Assembly: GCA_051252375.1 (NCBI GenBank)
Contig: JBPOFY010000001.1
Coordinates: 128,001-192,000 of the forward strand
DNA length: 64,000 bases
Direction: 5' to 3'
Source: Opitutaceae bacterium
GTDB taxonomy: Bacteria; Verrucomicrobiota; Verrucomicrobiia; Opitutales; Coraliomargaritaceae
The notes beneath the pieces were generated by a model. The model did not search any database, was not told the DNA's origin, and saw only the letters and a list, made by a program, of their open reading frames with translations. Shown here piece after piece: positions 31,241 through 41,471 of this stretch; position 1 is the stretch's first letter, and each line of letters opens with the position of its first letter. The translations under genes and the position numbers were made by a program.

Positions 31241-31618
31241 CTACTTCTTCGCAGTTCGAGCCAAATAGCTCGCATATCCATTCGAAAGAGCCGACGACTT
31301 TTCAAAAATCACTCTAAATTTCGCTAACTGCTCATCTGAAATCATCCCCTCGTCGTTGCCTGCGATCAAATGATCGAGGCATTCATGCTGTGAGCCCAAG
31401 CTATTACGAATAAACTTAGCGTTATCGAGGTAATGCCGACGACCAAAACCCTCCGCGATATTCGCAGTGCTCGAACGTGCCGCACGGATCAACTGATCGA
31501 CTAGGCGATAGCGTGCTTCCGCAGGTAATTGCGGCGTAATTTCACGAGTCACAAACACACGCAATTCGCGACAAGCCTTCCAACAATCCAAGTCTTCAAA
31601 GCGATCAATACGTCCCAT
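31241..31618 (-). CDS. Four helix bundle protein (23S rRNA intervening-sequence protein family)
   Basis: FEDLDCWK, LP..ARY.L.DQL.RAARS..ANIAEGFGR, F...SLGS..E motifs. Confidence 0.92.
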   Translation of the reverse strand: MGRIDRFEDLDCWKACRELRVFVTREITPQLPAEARYRLVDQLIRAARSSTANIAEGFGRRHYLDNAKFIRNSLGSQHECLDHLIAGNDEGMISDEQLAKFRVIFEKSSALSNGYASYLARTAKK

Positions 31619-31643
31619 AATTCATCGCGCCTCCACACGCCTC

Positions 31644-31664
31644 AAACAACCAGCAACAAACAAC
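31644..31664. repeat. 3 x 7-bp array, upstream arm of the four-helix-bundle gene, inverted relative to 31209-31236
   Basis: AAACAAC CAGCAAC AAACAAC. Confidence 0.85.
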
Positions 31665-31675
31665 TCCCGAAACGA

Positions 31676-31990
31676 CTAATCGTTATTCGGGAACTCCTTA
31701 TGCAAGCGTCCTTCGAGTTCGGTCACACGAGCAGCAAGCGCATCATATTGATCTTTAGTCACCACATTTGCACGCTGCAGCATTTCGGTAAACAGGCGAC
31801 CAGCTTCCACTTTAGCTTTTTCAGTTTCGGTCTTACCTTCATTAACGATGCGGTCAGACATCTCGGCGGCTTCTTCTTTCGTTAAGCGCCCCTTTTCCAC
31901 CAATTCATCGAGTGATTCCAGAACTTTATCTTTCGTCACGACAGCCAGTCCGACGCCAGCCAACATAGTTTTTTTAACGAGGTCTATCAT
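31676..31990 (-). CDS. Phasin/PhaF-like small helical protein
   Basis: MIDLVKKTMLAGVGLAVVTKDK....DELVEKG.L..EEA..TKDQ..AL.ARV..LE pattern; ATG 31990. Confidence 0.8.
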   Translation of the reverse strand: MIDLVKKTMLAGVGLAVVTKDKVLESLDELVEKGRLTKEEAAEMSDRIVNEGKTETEKAKVEAGRLFTEMLQRANVVTKDQYDALAARVTELEGRLHKEFPNND

Positions 31991-32055
31991 AGTGTTTATA
32001 CCGTAGTCCCGATTCCGTTCAAATACAAGAGCGTAGAATCGAACAATCGCCCAAT

Positions 32056-32086
32056 AAAAAGTCCCCCAGGGCGAACCCTGGAGGAC
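32056..32086 (-). terminator. Intrinsic terminator of the giant protease gene
   Basis: Minus strand GTCCTCCAGGG-TTCG-CCCTGGGGGAC-TTTTT: 11-bp stem, UUCG loop, U5 tail, 24 nt after the stop. Confidence 0.9.
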
Positions 32087-32110
32087 TTTGAAAAACAACG
32101 TCCAGAACGC

Positions 32111-35100
32111 TTATTTAGGTTCCGGCTCTTCAACCTGCAACCTGAAGAAGCATTTATCCCAAACACTCATCGGCTGTGTGCAGCGATAAATCACGCGCTC
32201 TACCTGAGCATTGATCGTGATCGTCTCGACAAGGATAGCTTCAGCACCATTGAAATCCAAGTCCTCGGCTTCCTCTACCGTAAACTCGTAACCGAGCGCC
32301 ACAGCCTCACGCGAACGGAGATATTCGAAATGGAAGTAGTCTTGACCTTCGAAGTCTTTGATCGATTTGCCAATGATGACGTAATCCCACTTAGACGCAT
32401 CCAAAATGAGCGCAAATTCAGCCCAGTTAGGATAACGGTCACCATCAGTATTTTCATATGGATTCTCCAATAGATTGATTGGTAAGTCTTCAGGTGCGGC
32501 GAAACTCCAGTCACCATTCAGATAGTCGTCAATTATAGCCTGATCTCCCGCGTTACTGACATCATTTTTGTCATCCCAATACAAAGAATAAGGGTGCGTG
32601 CGGTTATCAAAGAAGACACGGATGAAATAGATGCCTGGCTCGTCAATAGCAAAGGTATCAAACTCATGACGGAGATCCGTCCAGTCCGCTAAGACATGTT
32701 CAGGCTTATCAACTGTATATCTAGTAAATTCTGGAGTCTTATTTGCCAGACGGCGGACAAGTACAGGTTTACGTAAATCTCTGGTTTCCGGATCATTATC
32801 ATTACCTGCGAGGAAATAGACTTCGATATCCATATCTAGATTATCAGGAGTAAAGCGGTAATCCGGATTATCATCGGAGAAGAAATCACAATGAACCTCC
32901 AGTTCAGTGCTATCTTCTGACACAACAATCGTAAACCAGTCATCCGTGGTCTGAGAGCCATAACCCCGCGGCGCAGTAAACCCACCATCCGCAGCATTAA
33001 CCACTCCGTCACCGTTCACGTCGACAAGGTATTCAATCTGATGCAACCAAGTCTGCTCTGTCGATACCCCATCTACATTCGTGAGGTCATAAGCCAGATC
33101 GACGAAGTTATTCGTATCATCCTCTTCGTAAGCATCCTCGGCAACTTGCTCCCACTTCAAGGAATAGTCATTCGCATTATTATCACCGTAAACACGGATA
33201 TAATAAATCAAATCGTGCACTAGTGGATCAATTCCCGCCGCGACCGACTCGGTCCCATCCTCAAGGGTAGAACTCTCTGAACGAGCGATCGGAGTAGGCA
33301 GATTATCCGGATCAAACGCGAACGGATCAATCGAATAGCCGTCATAGACTTCCAAATTGATATCTCCATCTGCATGGTCGAATTCTATATCTACCAGAAG
33401 TCGGGTGAAGTAGTTACGCTTCAGCGCTTGGAACGTGTTATTATTTTCTTCCTGCTGAACCTGCTTCAACTCCCATGAAGGAATCTTCAGCTGATACCAA
33501 TCATCTCCCTCCTGAGTCGCATGACCAAATGGATCGAAGATCGGATTTGTAACCCACAGCGGCAAACTACCAATCAAAGCGTAATCGAAACCTAGTTCTG
33601 TAATCGGGTTGATATATGTCGAAGCTGGTCTTGGCGTGGGAATGTAAACAGGCTCAAGTCGTTGACGTGTCAAATCTGCCGCACCTGCTGGCGTGTCGTT
33701 TTGACCAACAAGGATCTCCGGATTTTCAGGATCTGGTGGAAACATAAACACGTCGTATTCGTCGACATTATTAAAAGACCAGCTGAAGAAATACGATGAA
33801 CCGGAATTATCTCCCGTCACAAGAAGATAGTAGGTCTTAGGCTCAGGTGAAATCACGGCAGTCTGGAAATACCCGGCAGGCAATTCCGCGCCATTTTCAT
33901 CGGTGACGGTGAAACCCAAATCTTCCCCATTGTTAATCGAAAGAACGCTAGGGAACAAGTGCACTTGATCCGCCGGCACATCCATTCGGTAGTAATCTGT
34001 ATCCCTCTGGATGCCAAAGAGCAATGCTCCGTTAGTTGATGTCAGCAGAGTTATATCTGCATTATCATCCGCCTCAGCGAGGGTGTCATTTTCCTCCCAC
34101 TCATCGTCAAGGAAGGCACGAACCGTCAAACCGTAAGGAGTGCCGAGGTCTTCACCGATCACCTGAATGTAATAGGTTTCCGCGATAGGAGACACATACT
34201 CAACCGTTTCGTTATCAATCAAATTCAAAGACTCACCAATCAGAGCCAACTCAAGATCTGCTTCGGTTAACTCGCCGTCTGCCAATCTTTGCGAATCGAG
34301 GGCTGAGGCTTTATATACTCTCAAGCCCAAATCTCCCTGAATATGCTCAAATCCGATGCGCACAAACAATGCATGCGGCTCGCCGCCACCAGCATCGACC
34401 GTATACTCATACCAGTCGTCATCGAACTGCACCAATCCAAACGTATTGTATTCTGGGCGATATTCGACTTCGAGATCATCTGGATCTCCCAGTTCACCAT
34501 TTGGACCCGGGAAAGTAAATGTCCTGAGATTATCGTCCACGATGCCGTCATCATCTGCGACACCGTATTGATCGACGAGAAGTATGTCTACCGTTAGAGG
34601 ATCCCCATCATCACCTGCAAAGGTGCGATGATAGATGTCATCGTTGTATTCAACATCCTCGGTGTCTGGAGTTTCAACATCATAAATGTCTTCGATGGTA
34701 CTGTTCCAGCGCATCGAGTAAGTATTACCCATACCACGCGCAATCGGCACGGAGAACGTATAATAGCTCGACTCATCAGGGTCAGTTGTATCAACGAACT
34801 GGTTATGAGGCGCTTCATGTAGATTTTCAGCATAAGGATCGAAATCACCGGGCATCCAACCGGAAATGTCCTTCGGAGGAAGAATTCCATAGCCATAAAC
34901 GCACACCTTATAATTCCCTGGGGGTAAGTCTCTAATCGTGAGACGCTCACCATCATCTGTAGACTCTATTTGACTAGTAGGACTGAAAACACCTCCTTCA
35001 CCGTAGACGTCAACATCAACGCCGCCGCTATCAAAAATCAGGCTACCGGATACGTCGTAAACCGCCACATCAATATCTCCTTGGGCATGTTCGAACTTCA

Positions 35101-38100
35101 AGTCCACGATGAAAATATCCTCACCTGAAGCGACTTGGACCTCATACCAATCTTCATCGATCTGCGTCATTCCAGAGAGCAAGGCGAGCTCTAGGGAGAA
35201 ACCATCATTACCAAACAGATTAAAATTCCGAATGTCGCCAACTAGATCACGAGGTAGCCCCTCTCCGTCGTTATCCCTGTTCGGATTAATAGCGGCAATT
35301 TCAAGGATATCCTCTTTGTAGCTATTCCACATGATATCATATGGATTACCCGAGAGGTCATTAAATACTCTTAGATAATAGTCACCAGCTCCACCAGTAT
35401 GATGGATCCGTTCGACATCGCCAAATCCGTTAGAACGAGCGACTAGAGTCTCGGAAGCATTAAAGAGTTCGATATCAATATTCCGGCCATCATCTTGGTC
35501 AAATGTGACCTCAATGATCACTCCATCATCACCTTCGTTAATCGTGACTCGATACCAATCCTCATCTTCTGAGGTGGCATATCCACTCGTTTCAGAGATT
35601 CGGAAACCTTCACTGCCAATGATCCCATCTGTTGCACGATCATAGGTATTGTTACCCTCATCGCCTTCATAGATGTCTTCAGTGGTCGCTGCCCAATATA
35701 GGAGATAATCCGTTCCTGCATCTGAGCCACTGACCTTGACGTAGTATGTATCACCCTCCTCAGCACCAAATGGATTAGGACCATAGATAATGACTTCGTT
35801 ATCTGTATCCGTATTCGCATAGGCCAACTCTTCACCCAGTGCATCGTAAAGTGTTAACTCGAGATTTCCATCTTCATGGGCAAATCGAAGGTCTACACGA
35901 AGGCTCACTTCACCTGGGAAAACCACGACTTCATACCAATCGTCATCGAACTGAACCGCTCTCAAGTATTCGTCTTCATTTCCGGTAATATCAGCGGCCT
36001 CTGCTAGGGTATCATTCTCCTCATATTCATCATCTGGGGCGACGAGCCAATCGAGCGTATAGTTCTCATTGATGCCGTCACCAAAGACTCGGACATAATA
36101 ATCACCCGGAGTTGCGAAAAGCACGACTGATTCGATATCTTCATCAACATCATCCGAGACTTCCAGCGATGTGATGACACCATTATCATCATAGTAAACT
36201 TCAATGCCGATATTGCCCTCGTCATCGTCAAATCGCGCAACGACAGACAGGAATGAATTCGTCGCATCGCTTGAGAATGTAAACCAGTCATCATCAAACT
36301 GAGTCGCAGAAATCGACGGCAGCAATTGGATGTCAGCAGCCATGTCGGAAGTATCATTCTCTTCATAGTCATCATCTTGAAGGATGAGCCATGTAAGGTC
36401 GTAGATATTGTAAACATCATCACCAAAGACCTTCACATAATTTGTGCCAGCTTGAACTGGGACAAAGAGTGTCTCCGAATCCTCAGTCGAATTTGCGGTG
36501 TATTCGTTGGCCAATGTATCAATGATAGTGAAATCGATCGCACCATTTTGATCTACATAGTCCAACGTGACACGAAGCCATGGGTAATTACCCGTGACAG
36601 GAATTGCGAACCAGTCATCGTCGCCTTGCGTCGCATAATCGGTTTCAGAGAGCTTCTGAGTAGCGAGTAACGATGTGTCATACGCCGTCTCCAATGTGTC
36701 GTTCTCTTCATAAATATCGATAATACGAGCGACCCAGTACAAGTCGTAATCATTACCTACATTCGGGCCATAGACGCGAATGTAGTAAGTGCCGGCGGTC
36801 AAAGTTGAATCAAGCAAGAGGATTTCATCGTCCACGATACCATCACGCGTAAAGATCGGATATCCCAAGGAGTCATAGATCTCGAAATCAATATCACCAT
36901 CAACGTGGGTGAACAAACACTCGACGTATAAGCCGAGGTTATCCTCAGGGACGTCGATCTCAAACCAGTCGTCGTCCTTCTGCGTGCCTAGACCTAGGTA
37001 ATTCGAAAGGCGTGGCTCAAAGCGAGACAGCACTTCAGACTCCGAGCGTAGATCATTTTCTTCATATTCATCGTCACCAACTGTCAGGTCGAATACTTCA
37101 TCAGCATTTAAAGCTGACCATGATAAGTCATACTCGTTGCCAGCGTCACCGTAATGCAGGCGTATGAAATAATCTCCCTCAACAGGATTTGAATAAATGA
37201 TGGACTCATTATCAGTGGAGGAAATTGCGCGAGCGACTAAGTAACCAGCCGTATTGTAAACATCCACATCGATATCACCATCGGCATGGGTGAAGGTAGC
37301 ATTGATACGCAATTGCGCAGTATCGGAACGAGTCGTCACCTTATACCAGTCCTCATCGGCTTGAACGCCTAGGCCATCCAGCTTACGAAGCAGTTGGCGT
37401 TCATAACTGGAAAGATCAAACGGCTCGCCGACATTATCATTCTCTTCGTAGTTATCTTCGGCAGGAGTAATATCCCAGAACAAGTTGTAAATATTACCTT
37501 TACCGTGATTGATCGGCTGCACCTCATCACCAGTCGCCGCGATCTTGTAAGTCCCTGGGATAGGATCCTCCCAAACAACTCTCCGAACATTGCCATCACC
37601 CGCGGCTTCAAAGCTTATCTCCAAATTAGACTCATTGAGGGGAACGCCTGCCGATGTCGCTAATGTGAGATTGATGTTACCGTCACCCGCGTCGAACCCA
37701 AGTGCTACTTCAAGCTTAGTCGCACCGACTGGCACTACGATTTGATACCAATCAGGATCAGTCATCGTGGCATACCCATCAATTGCAGTCAGCCAGAAGC
37801 CTTCGTTGCCACTGATATCATATACTTGGTTAGACGCATCGTTATCTTCATACGCGTCCTCAAACGGCTCTTCAACAAACGGAGGCTCGCTGGAGTATGT
37901 CACTTTGAAATCATAGCCACTCAAACCGCTGATATCGGATTGAGCATCCACCTTAATGTAATATGTGAATCCAGTCGGCACATCCAATGTAAGCGTATTA
38001 CTGAAGGTGAAGTCAGTGGAACTTAAGAGCAAATTACCGTTACCGTCATAGAGGAAAACATTCATGAACCCGCCATCGAAGCTTTCATACTCGAGGATGA

Positions 38101-41100
38101 CCTGCTCGAGGATGACCGAATTATCGATGGTGAACTTATACCAATCTTCGTCTCCACTATTTACGAAATTCTGTGCGGTCGCATTGTTGGCATAGGCGGA
38201 ACTCGTGCCAATACCATCCACTTCAGACAACCATTTATCAACAATTGTCTGCCCTAAATCAAAAGCATCATCAATATCATCATTTTCAATGTCCTCGTCG
38301 TTTTCATCGATTCCCACGACTTCATACTTGTCGTCACGCAGCCCCTCGAAGATCAAATCATACGAATTGCCGGCATAATCACCATAGACGCGGATATAGT
38401 AAGTGCCCGGCGGAACACCCATGATCGAGACATTCCCTGTAGGTGTAAAGTTATCGGTATAATCTGCTGTTGCGACACTACGATGGTAGGTGAGGACTTC
38501 ATAGTCATTCTCGGTCGCAGAAGTGTCTGGGAAGAACTGACTAAACGTACTACCATCGTATAGCTGAATATTGATATCACCCTCGGCATGAGTGAACAGC
38601 GCTTTAACATAGAACATCCGGATAAACGGATCACTTGGAATATCGATTCGATACCAGTCTTCGTCATCTAGGATACCGAGGCCCAAAATTCCCGACAAAC
38701 TAGTCGCAGTAGCACCCGACAAATCGAATGCTTGGTCCTGAGTGTCATTCTCTTCGTAGAAGTCATCGTCACCAATTTCCAAGATGCTCGCATTCCACTT
38801 TAGATCGTATGCGTTGCGCACAGTCGCAAGGTCGGTGGTCTTGGCAACAATATAAAATTTGCGAAGTAGACCGGAGTAACTAGATGGCAAAATATACCGA
38901 ATTGTTCCGTTCCCTGCAGTGCTGCTAACCAATGGCTCAGAGCTGCTATTAGCAGTACCATTGTATAATTCGAAGGTAATATCTCCTGCTGTGGCATCAT
39001 AATCGATGTCGATAGTGATTAGTAACGCGCCAGACTCGGTTGGTGTAAACGTATAGGCGTCGAACTGATCATCCATGAAGAAGGCAACGCCCTTATAATC
39101 AGAGAGCCAGACGTCTTCTTGTGCATTCAAATTTGCCGCTGCGCCAATAGTGTCATTTTCTTCATAGTTATCTTTTGTCGCAGAGATTGTTGACGTGCCG
39201 CCAATGGCAAATTGAAACACTTCCGGGCCGTCATCTGTATCGTATGTGATCAGGACTGTATCCAAATCGACACCTGTGGTAGTCGGATTATATGCAATTG
39301 TAAGATACTGACTTTGCTCACCAGGCAGTAGCGCTGGAGGCGCTGAAACAATGCTGAAAGGTCCACCAACCGCTAGGCTGATTGATAAATTCGTGATATC
39401 AGAGGGCTCAATATTAGTCAGTAAGAATGTGCGCTGCACTGCAGGAGCTGCAACATAAGTAAAGCCGAAGTCTGTGTCGTTCTCGGTTTGGATATTGGTG
39501 TCGAGCGAAACGACAGCAACGTCGAGTTTATCGCCACCAAAAATCGCCAATGGAGGCACCGGCAATTGCCCGACGATTGAATATTGCCCCAAGCTGGCAT
39601 AGTCCGAGAAACCAACAGTAGCATCGGTTCCGCGACCAGTGCCTTCTACGGAGACAAAGTATACACCGGCCTCTAGGTAAGCTTCGACAACCGATTCTAA
39701 ATCTTCTGACCCATCTGGCTCTCCAGTAGCAATCAAGAGACCTGTTGCATCATACAGTTTGATGGTTGCTGCAAGATTCGCCCCTGCTGTCTCTGATCCT
39801 GATTGAGAGTCGGGCGACATCACGTCGATCGGCACTGCAGAGAATGAAACATCGCCCTGTTCGGTCGAGAAGCGAAAGAAGTCGATGTCTGCTTGGCGTG
39901 AAATAAGACCATCAACACCAACCTGATCGGGGCCAGTAATCGCCATTGTGCCAACATTATTGTCATCGAAGGCATTCGCGTAATCGTCGTTCTTAAAACC
40001 AAAGCCGTTGCTTGTATTACCGATGATGGCGACGTCATCTTCCGAATTATTTGCATTGGTGTATTCACCACGGCTCCATTGAGTGACTGCATCATCGATA
40101 CCACCGGAAAAGCCTGCGCCCATGATTGGCGACCAGCCTGGTGTATAACCCGCGGTATGACCTGGATAATATTCCACATTTTGCGTGGTGCCATCGTGCC
40201 GAAGTCCAAAGGCGTGCCCCCCCTCGTGAGAAATTGTGTCCGCACAAGTGTATTCAGTCGGATTGAATGTCCAGACAACTGGTGAATCTGTGCGGAATGA
40301 GTTAAGGTATGCAACACCACCGGCACCAGGAGCTGCTGTCGTAGTCGGCGTGATCACACACATCATGCGCTTATCGCTCTCTGCAGCATCATAAACAGCA
40401 CGGTCAGTCGTCACATTTATATCAAAAGGTGCAAAGTCTTCAACGACACGACGCCAGACTCTCGTCACAAAGGCATTATCGTCAGCGCGAACGTGTGGCG
40501 CAGCATCAATTCTAGCACCACCCAACCAAGGTGTGCCTTCCACGACTTCACCGTCGAAGTCTAAATAGTACACAAACTCGGAATTTGGATTATTCTCCAA
40601 GGCTACTGTGTAAATAGGACCCGATGGAGCAGATCCACTTTCTGTTTCTGAAGTCATTACAATGGCATCGGCACCAGGGGCACGTATTCCAGTTACAGTG
40701 TAAATAGTGCCCTTCTGCGCACAAAAGATATCACTGACTTCAGTCGCTTGAACCAATAACTGCGGTTCACTCGCATCGACTAAATAGTCGCTTGCAATGA
40801 ATGCACGAGACTCATCGAAAAAGAGCACGTGTGCAGTGATTTTATCATGTGCATTCGTGGTGACGACCAAACGGCCTAAATCATCATCGAGAGCCAGCGC
40901 GTAACTATGTGCAACCGGATGCTCCTCCTTGAGCATCGTTACCGTGCCCGAATAGACTTTTCCTCCGAGAGTAAAACTACCTCGTGCGCCGACATGGCTC
41001 CCTTTAAGGAAATCAAAAGTGCTGCGAGGAGTGACTTGCTTCTGCAGCTTTGCGAAATCCTTGAAGATATAATCTAAGCTAGGATTCGTCGAAAGGAATG

Positions 41101-41377
41101 GTTCGCTTGCTGTCGTTGGTTCTTCCGCTGCGAGGCAGTGCGCACAATCCGTGGCATGTGCCTCATCGACTACTTCATCTTGGGCAATATTGTCCGTTTC
41201 AGACAACGAAGCCACTTCAGTGGTTACTGGAGTGGCAACTGCATCGGAGCTAGCGATCTCCGAGGGAGTTGCGCCGCCCTTATCGTCTGATGGACCAAGA
41301 ATGACAAATGCTCCAATAAGAAGCACGACAATGAAAGTTAGCGATAGCGCGCGTTTGTTAAACTTAGAATCGGACAT
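32111..41377 (-). CDS. Giant (3088 aa) exported zinc metalloprotease with tandem PPC-like repeats
   Basis: N-terminal TM/signal; HEGGHAFGLRH zinc motif (40196-40228) plus PIMG Met-turn; one Ig-like segment; about 16 repeats marked by D.YEEND..D.DWY..GDID..YY.RV.G. Confidence 0.9.
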   Translation of the reverse strand: MSDSKFNKRALSLTFIVVLLIGAFVILGPSDDKGGATPSEIASSDAVATPVTTEVASLSETDNIAQDEVVDEAHATDCAHCLAAEEPTTASEPFLSTNPSLDYIFKDFAKLQKQVTPRSTFDFLKGSHVGARGSFTLGGKVYSGTVTMLKEEHPVAHSYALALDDDLGRLVVTTNAHDKITAHVLFFDESRAFIASDYLVDASEPQLLVQATEVSDIFCAQKGTIYTVTGIRAPGADAIVMTSETESGSAPSGPIYTVALENNPNSEFVYYLDFDGEVVEGTPWLGGARIDAAPHVRADDNAFVTRVWRRVVEDFAPFDINVTTDRAVYDAAESDKRMMCVITPTTTAAPGAGGVAYLNSFRTDSPVVWTFNPTEYTCADTISHEGGHAFGLRHDGTTQNVEYYPGHTAGYTPGWSPIMGAGFSGGIDDAVTQWSRGEYTNANNSEDDVAIIGNTSNGFGFKNDDYANAFDDNNVGTMAITGPDQVGVDGLISRQADIDFFRFSTEQGDVSFSAVPIDVMSPDSQSGSETAGANLAATIKLYDATGLLIATGEPDGSEDLESVVEAYLEAGVYFVSVEGTGRGTDATVGFSDYASLGQYSIVGQLPVPPLAIFGGDKLDVAVVSLDTNIQTENDTDFGFTYVAAPAVQRTFLLTNIEPSDITNLSISLAVGGPFSIVSAPPALLPGEQSQYLTIAYNPTTTGVDLDTVLITYDTDDGPEVFQFAIGGTSTISATKDNYEENDTIGAAANLNAQEDVWLSDYKGVAFFMDDQFDAYTFTPTESGALLITIDIDYDATAGDITFELYNGTANSSSEPLVSSTAGNGTIRYILPSSYSGLLRKFYIVAKTTDLATVRNAYDLKWNASILEIGDDDFYEENDTQDQAFDLSGATATSLSGILGLGILDDEDWYRIDIPSDPFIRMFYVKALFTHAEGDINIQLYDGSTFSQFFPDTSATENDYEVLTYHRSVATADYTDNFTPTGNVSIMGVPPGTYYIRVYGDYAGNSYDLIFEGLRDDKYEVVGIDENDEDIENDDIDDAFDLGQTIVDKWLSEVDGIGTSSAYANNATAQNFVNSGDEDWYKFTIDNSVILEQVILEYESFDGGFMNVFLYDGNGNLLLSSTDFTFSNTLTLDVPTGFTYYIKVDAQSDISGLSGYDFKVTYSSEPPFVEEPFEDAYEDNDASNQVYDISGNEGFWLTAIDGYATMTDPDWYQIVVPVGATKLEVALGFDAGDGNINLTLATSAGVPLNESNLEISFEAAGDGNVRRVVWEDPIPGTYKIAATGDEVQPINHGKGNIYNLFWDITPAEDNYEENDNVGEPFDLSSYERQLLRKLDGLGVQADEDWYKVTTRSDTAQLRINATFTHADGDIDVDVYNTAGYLVARAISSTDNESIIYSNPVEGDYFIRLHYGDAGNEYDLSWSALNADEVFDLTVGDDEYEENDLRSESEVLSRFEPRLSNYLGLGTQKDDDWFEIDVPEDNLGLYVECLFTHVDGDIDFEIYDSLGYPIFTRDGIVDDEILLLDSTLTAGTYYIRVYGPNVGNDYDLYWVARIIDIYEENDTLETAYDTSLLATQKLSETDYATQGDDDWFAIPVTGNYPWLRVTLDYVDQNGAIDFTIIDTLANEYTANSTEDSETLFVPVQAGTNYVKVFGDDVYNIYDLTWLILQDDDYEENDTSDMAADIQLLPSISATQFDDDWFTFSSDATNSFLSVVARFDDDEGNIGIEVYYDDNGVITSLEVSDDVDEDIESVVLFATPGDYYVRVFGDGINENYTLDWLVAPDDEYEENDTLAEAADITGNEDEYLRAVQFDDDWYEVVVFPGEVSLRVDLRFAHEDGNLELTLYDALGEELAYANTDTDNEVIIYGPNPFGAEEGDTYYVKVSGSDAGTDYLLYWAATTEDIYEGDEGNNTYDRATDGIIGSEGFRISETSGYATSEDEDWYRVTINEGDDGVIIEVTFDQDDGRNIDIELFNASETLVARSNGFGDVERIHHTGGAGDYYLRVFNDLSGNPYDIMWNSYKEDILEIAAINPNRDNDGEGLPRDLVGDIRNFNLFGNDGFSLELALLSGMTQIDEDWYEVQVASGEDIFIVDLKFEHAQGDIDVAVYDVSGSLIFDSGGVDVDVYGEGGVFSPTSQIESTDDGERLTIRDLPPGNYKVCVYGYGILPPKDISGWMPGDFDPYAENLHEAPHNQFVDTTDPDESSYYTFSVPIARGMGNTYSMRWNSTIEDIYDVETPDTEDVEYNDDIYHRTFAGDDGDPLTVDILLVDQYGVADDDGIVDDNLRTFTFPGPNGELGDPDDLEVEYRPEYNTFGLVQFDDDWYEYTVDAGGGEPHALFVRIGFEHIQGDLGLRVYKASALDSQRLADGELTEADLELALIGESLNLIDNETVEYVSPIAETYYIQVIGEDLGTPYGLTVRAFLDDEWEENDTLAEADDNADITLLTSTNGALLFGIQRDTDYYRMDVPADQVHLFPSVLSINNGEDLGFTVTDENGAELPAGYFQTAVISPEPKTYYLLVTGDNSGSSYFFSWSFNNVDEYDVFMFPPDPENPEILVGQNDTPAGAADLTRQRLEPVYIPTPRPASTYINPITELGFDYALIGSLPLWVTNPIFDPFGHATQEGDDWYQLKIPSWELKQVQQEENNNTFQALKRNYFTRLLVDIEFDHADGDINLEVYDGYSIDPFAFDPDNLPTPIARSESSTLEDGTESVAAGIDPLVHDLIYYIRVYGDNNANDYSLKWEQVAEDAYEEDDTNNFVDLAYDLTNVDGVSTEQTWLHQIEYLVDVNGDGVVNAADGGFTAPRGYGSQTTDDWFTIVVSEDSTELEVHCDFFSDDNPDYRFTPDNLDMDIEVYFLAGNDNDPETRDLRKPVLVRRLANKTPEFTRYTVDKPEHVLADWTDLRHEFDTFAIDEPGIYFIRVFFDNRTHPYSLYWDDKNDVSNAGDQAIIDDYLNGDWSFAAPEDLPINLLENPYENTDGDRYPNWAEFALILDASKWDYVIIGKSIKDFEGQDYFHFEYLRSREAVALGYEFTVEEAEDLDFNGAEAILVETITINAQVERVIYRCTQPMSVWDKCFFRLQVEEPEPK

Positions 41378-41471
41378 AAGGGGTCAAAGCTATGAAACCC
41401 AGAATTTTGTGATGATTAACTGATTATGTATTAATCGCTATTAAGCATCGATGGTTTCATTATATTTTAGA

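Noticed and set aside
31241..31618. Avd-like fold suggesting a diversity-generating retroelement
   Set aside because: No reverse transcriptase and no template/variable repeat pair seen in the window.
31205..31675. Short arrays as a CRISPR or IS element
   Set aside because: Units are 7 bp and contiguous with no spacers; no cas or transposase gene and no target-site duplication identified.
40217..40223. C7 run within the protease zinc motif as a phase-variation tract
   Set aside because: Short, explained by GAG-GGG-GGG codons, and the ORF is intact.
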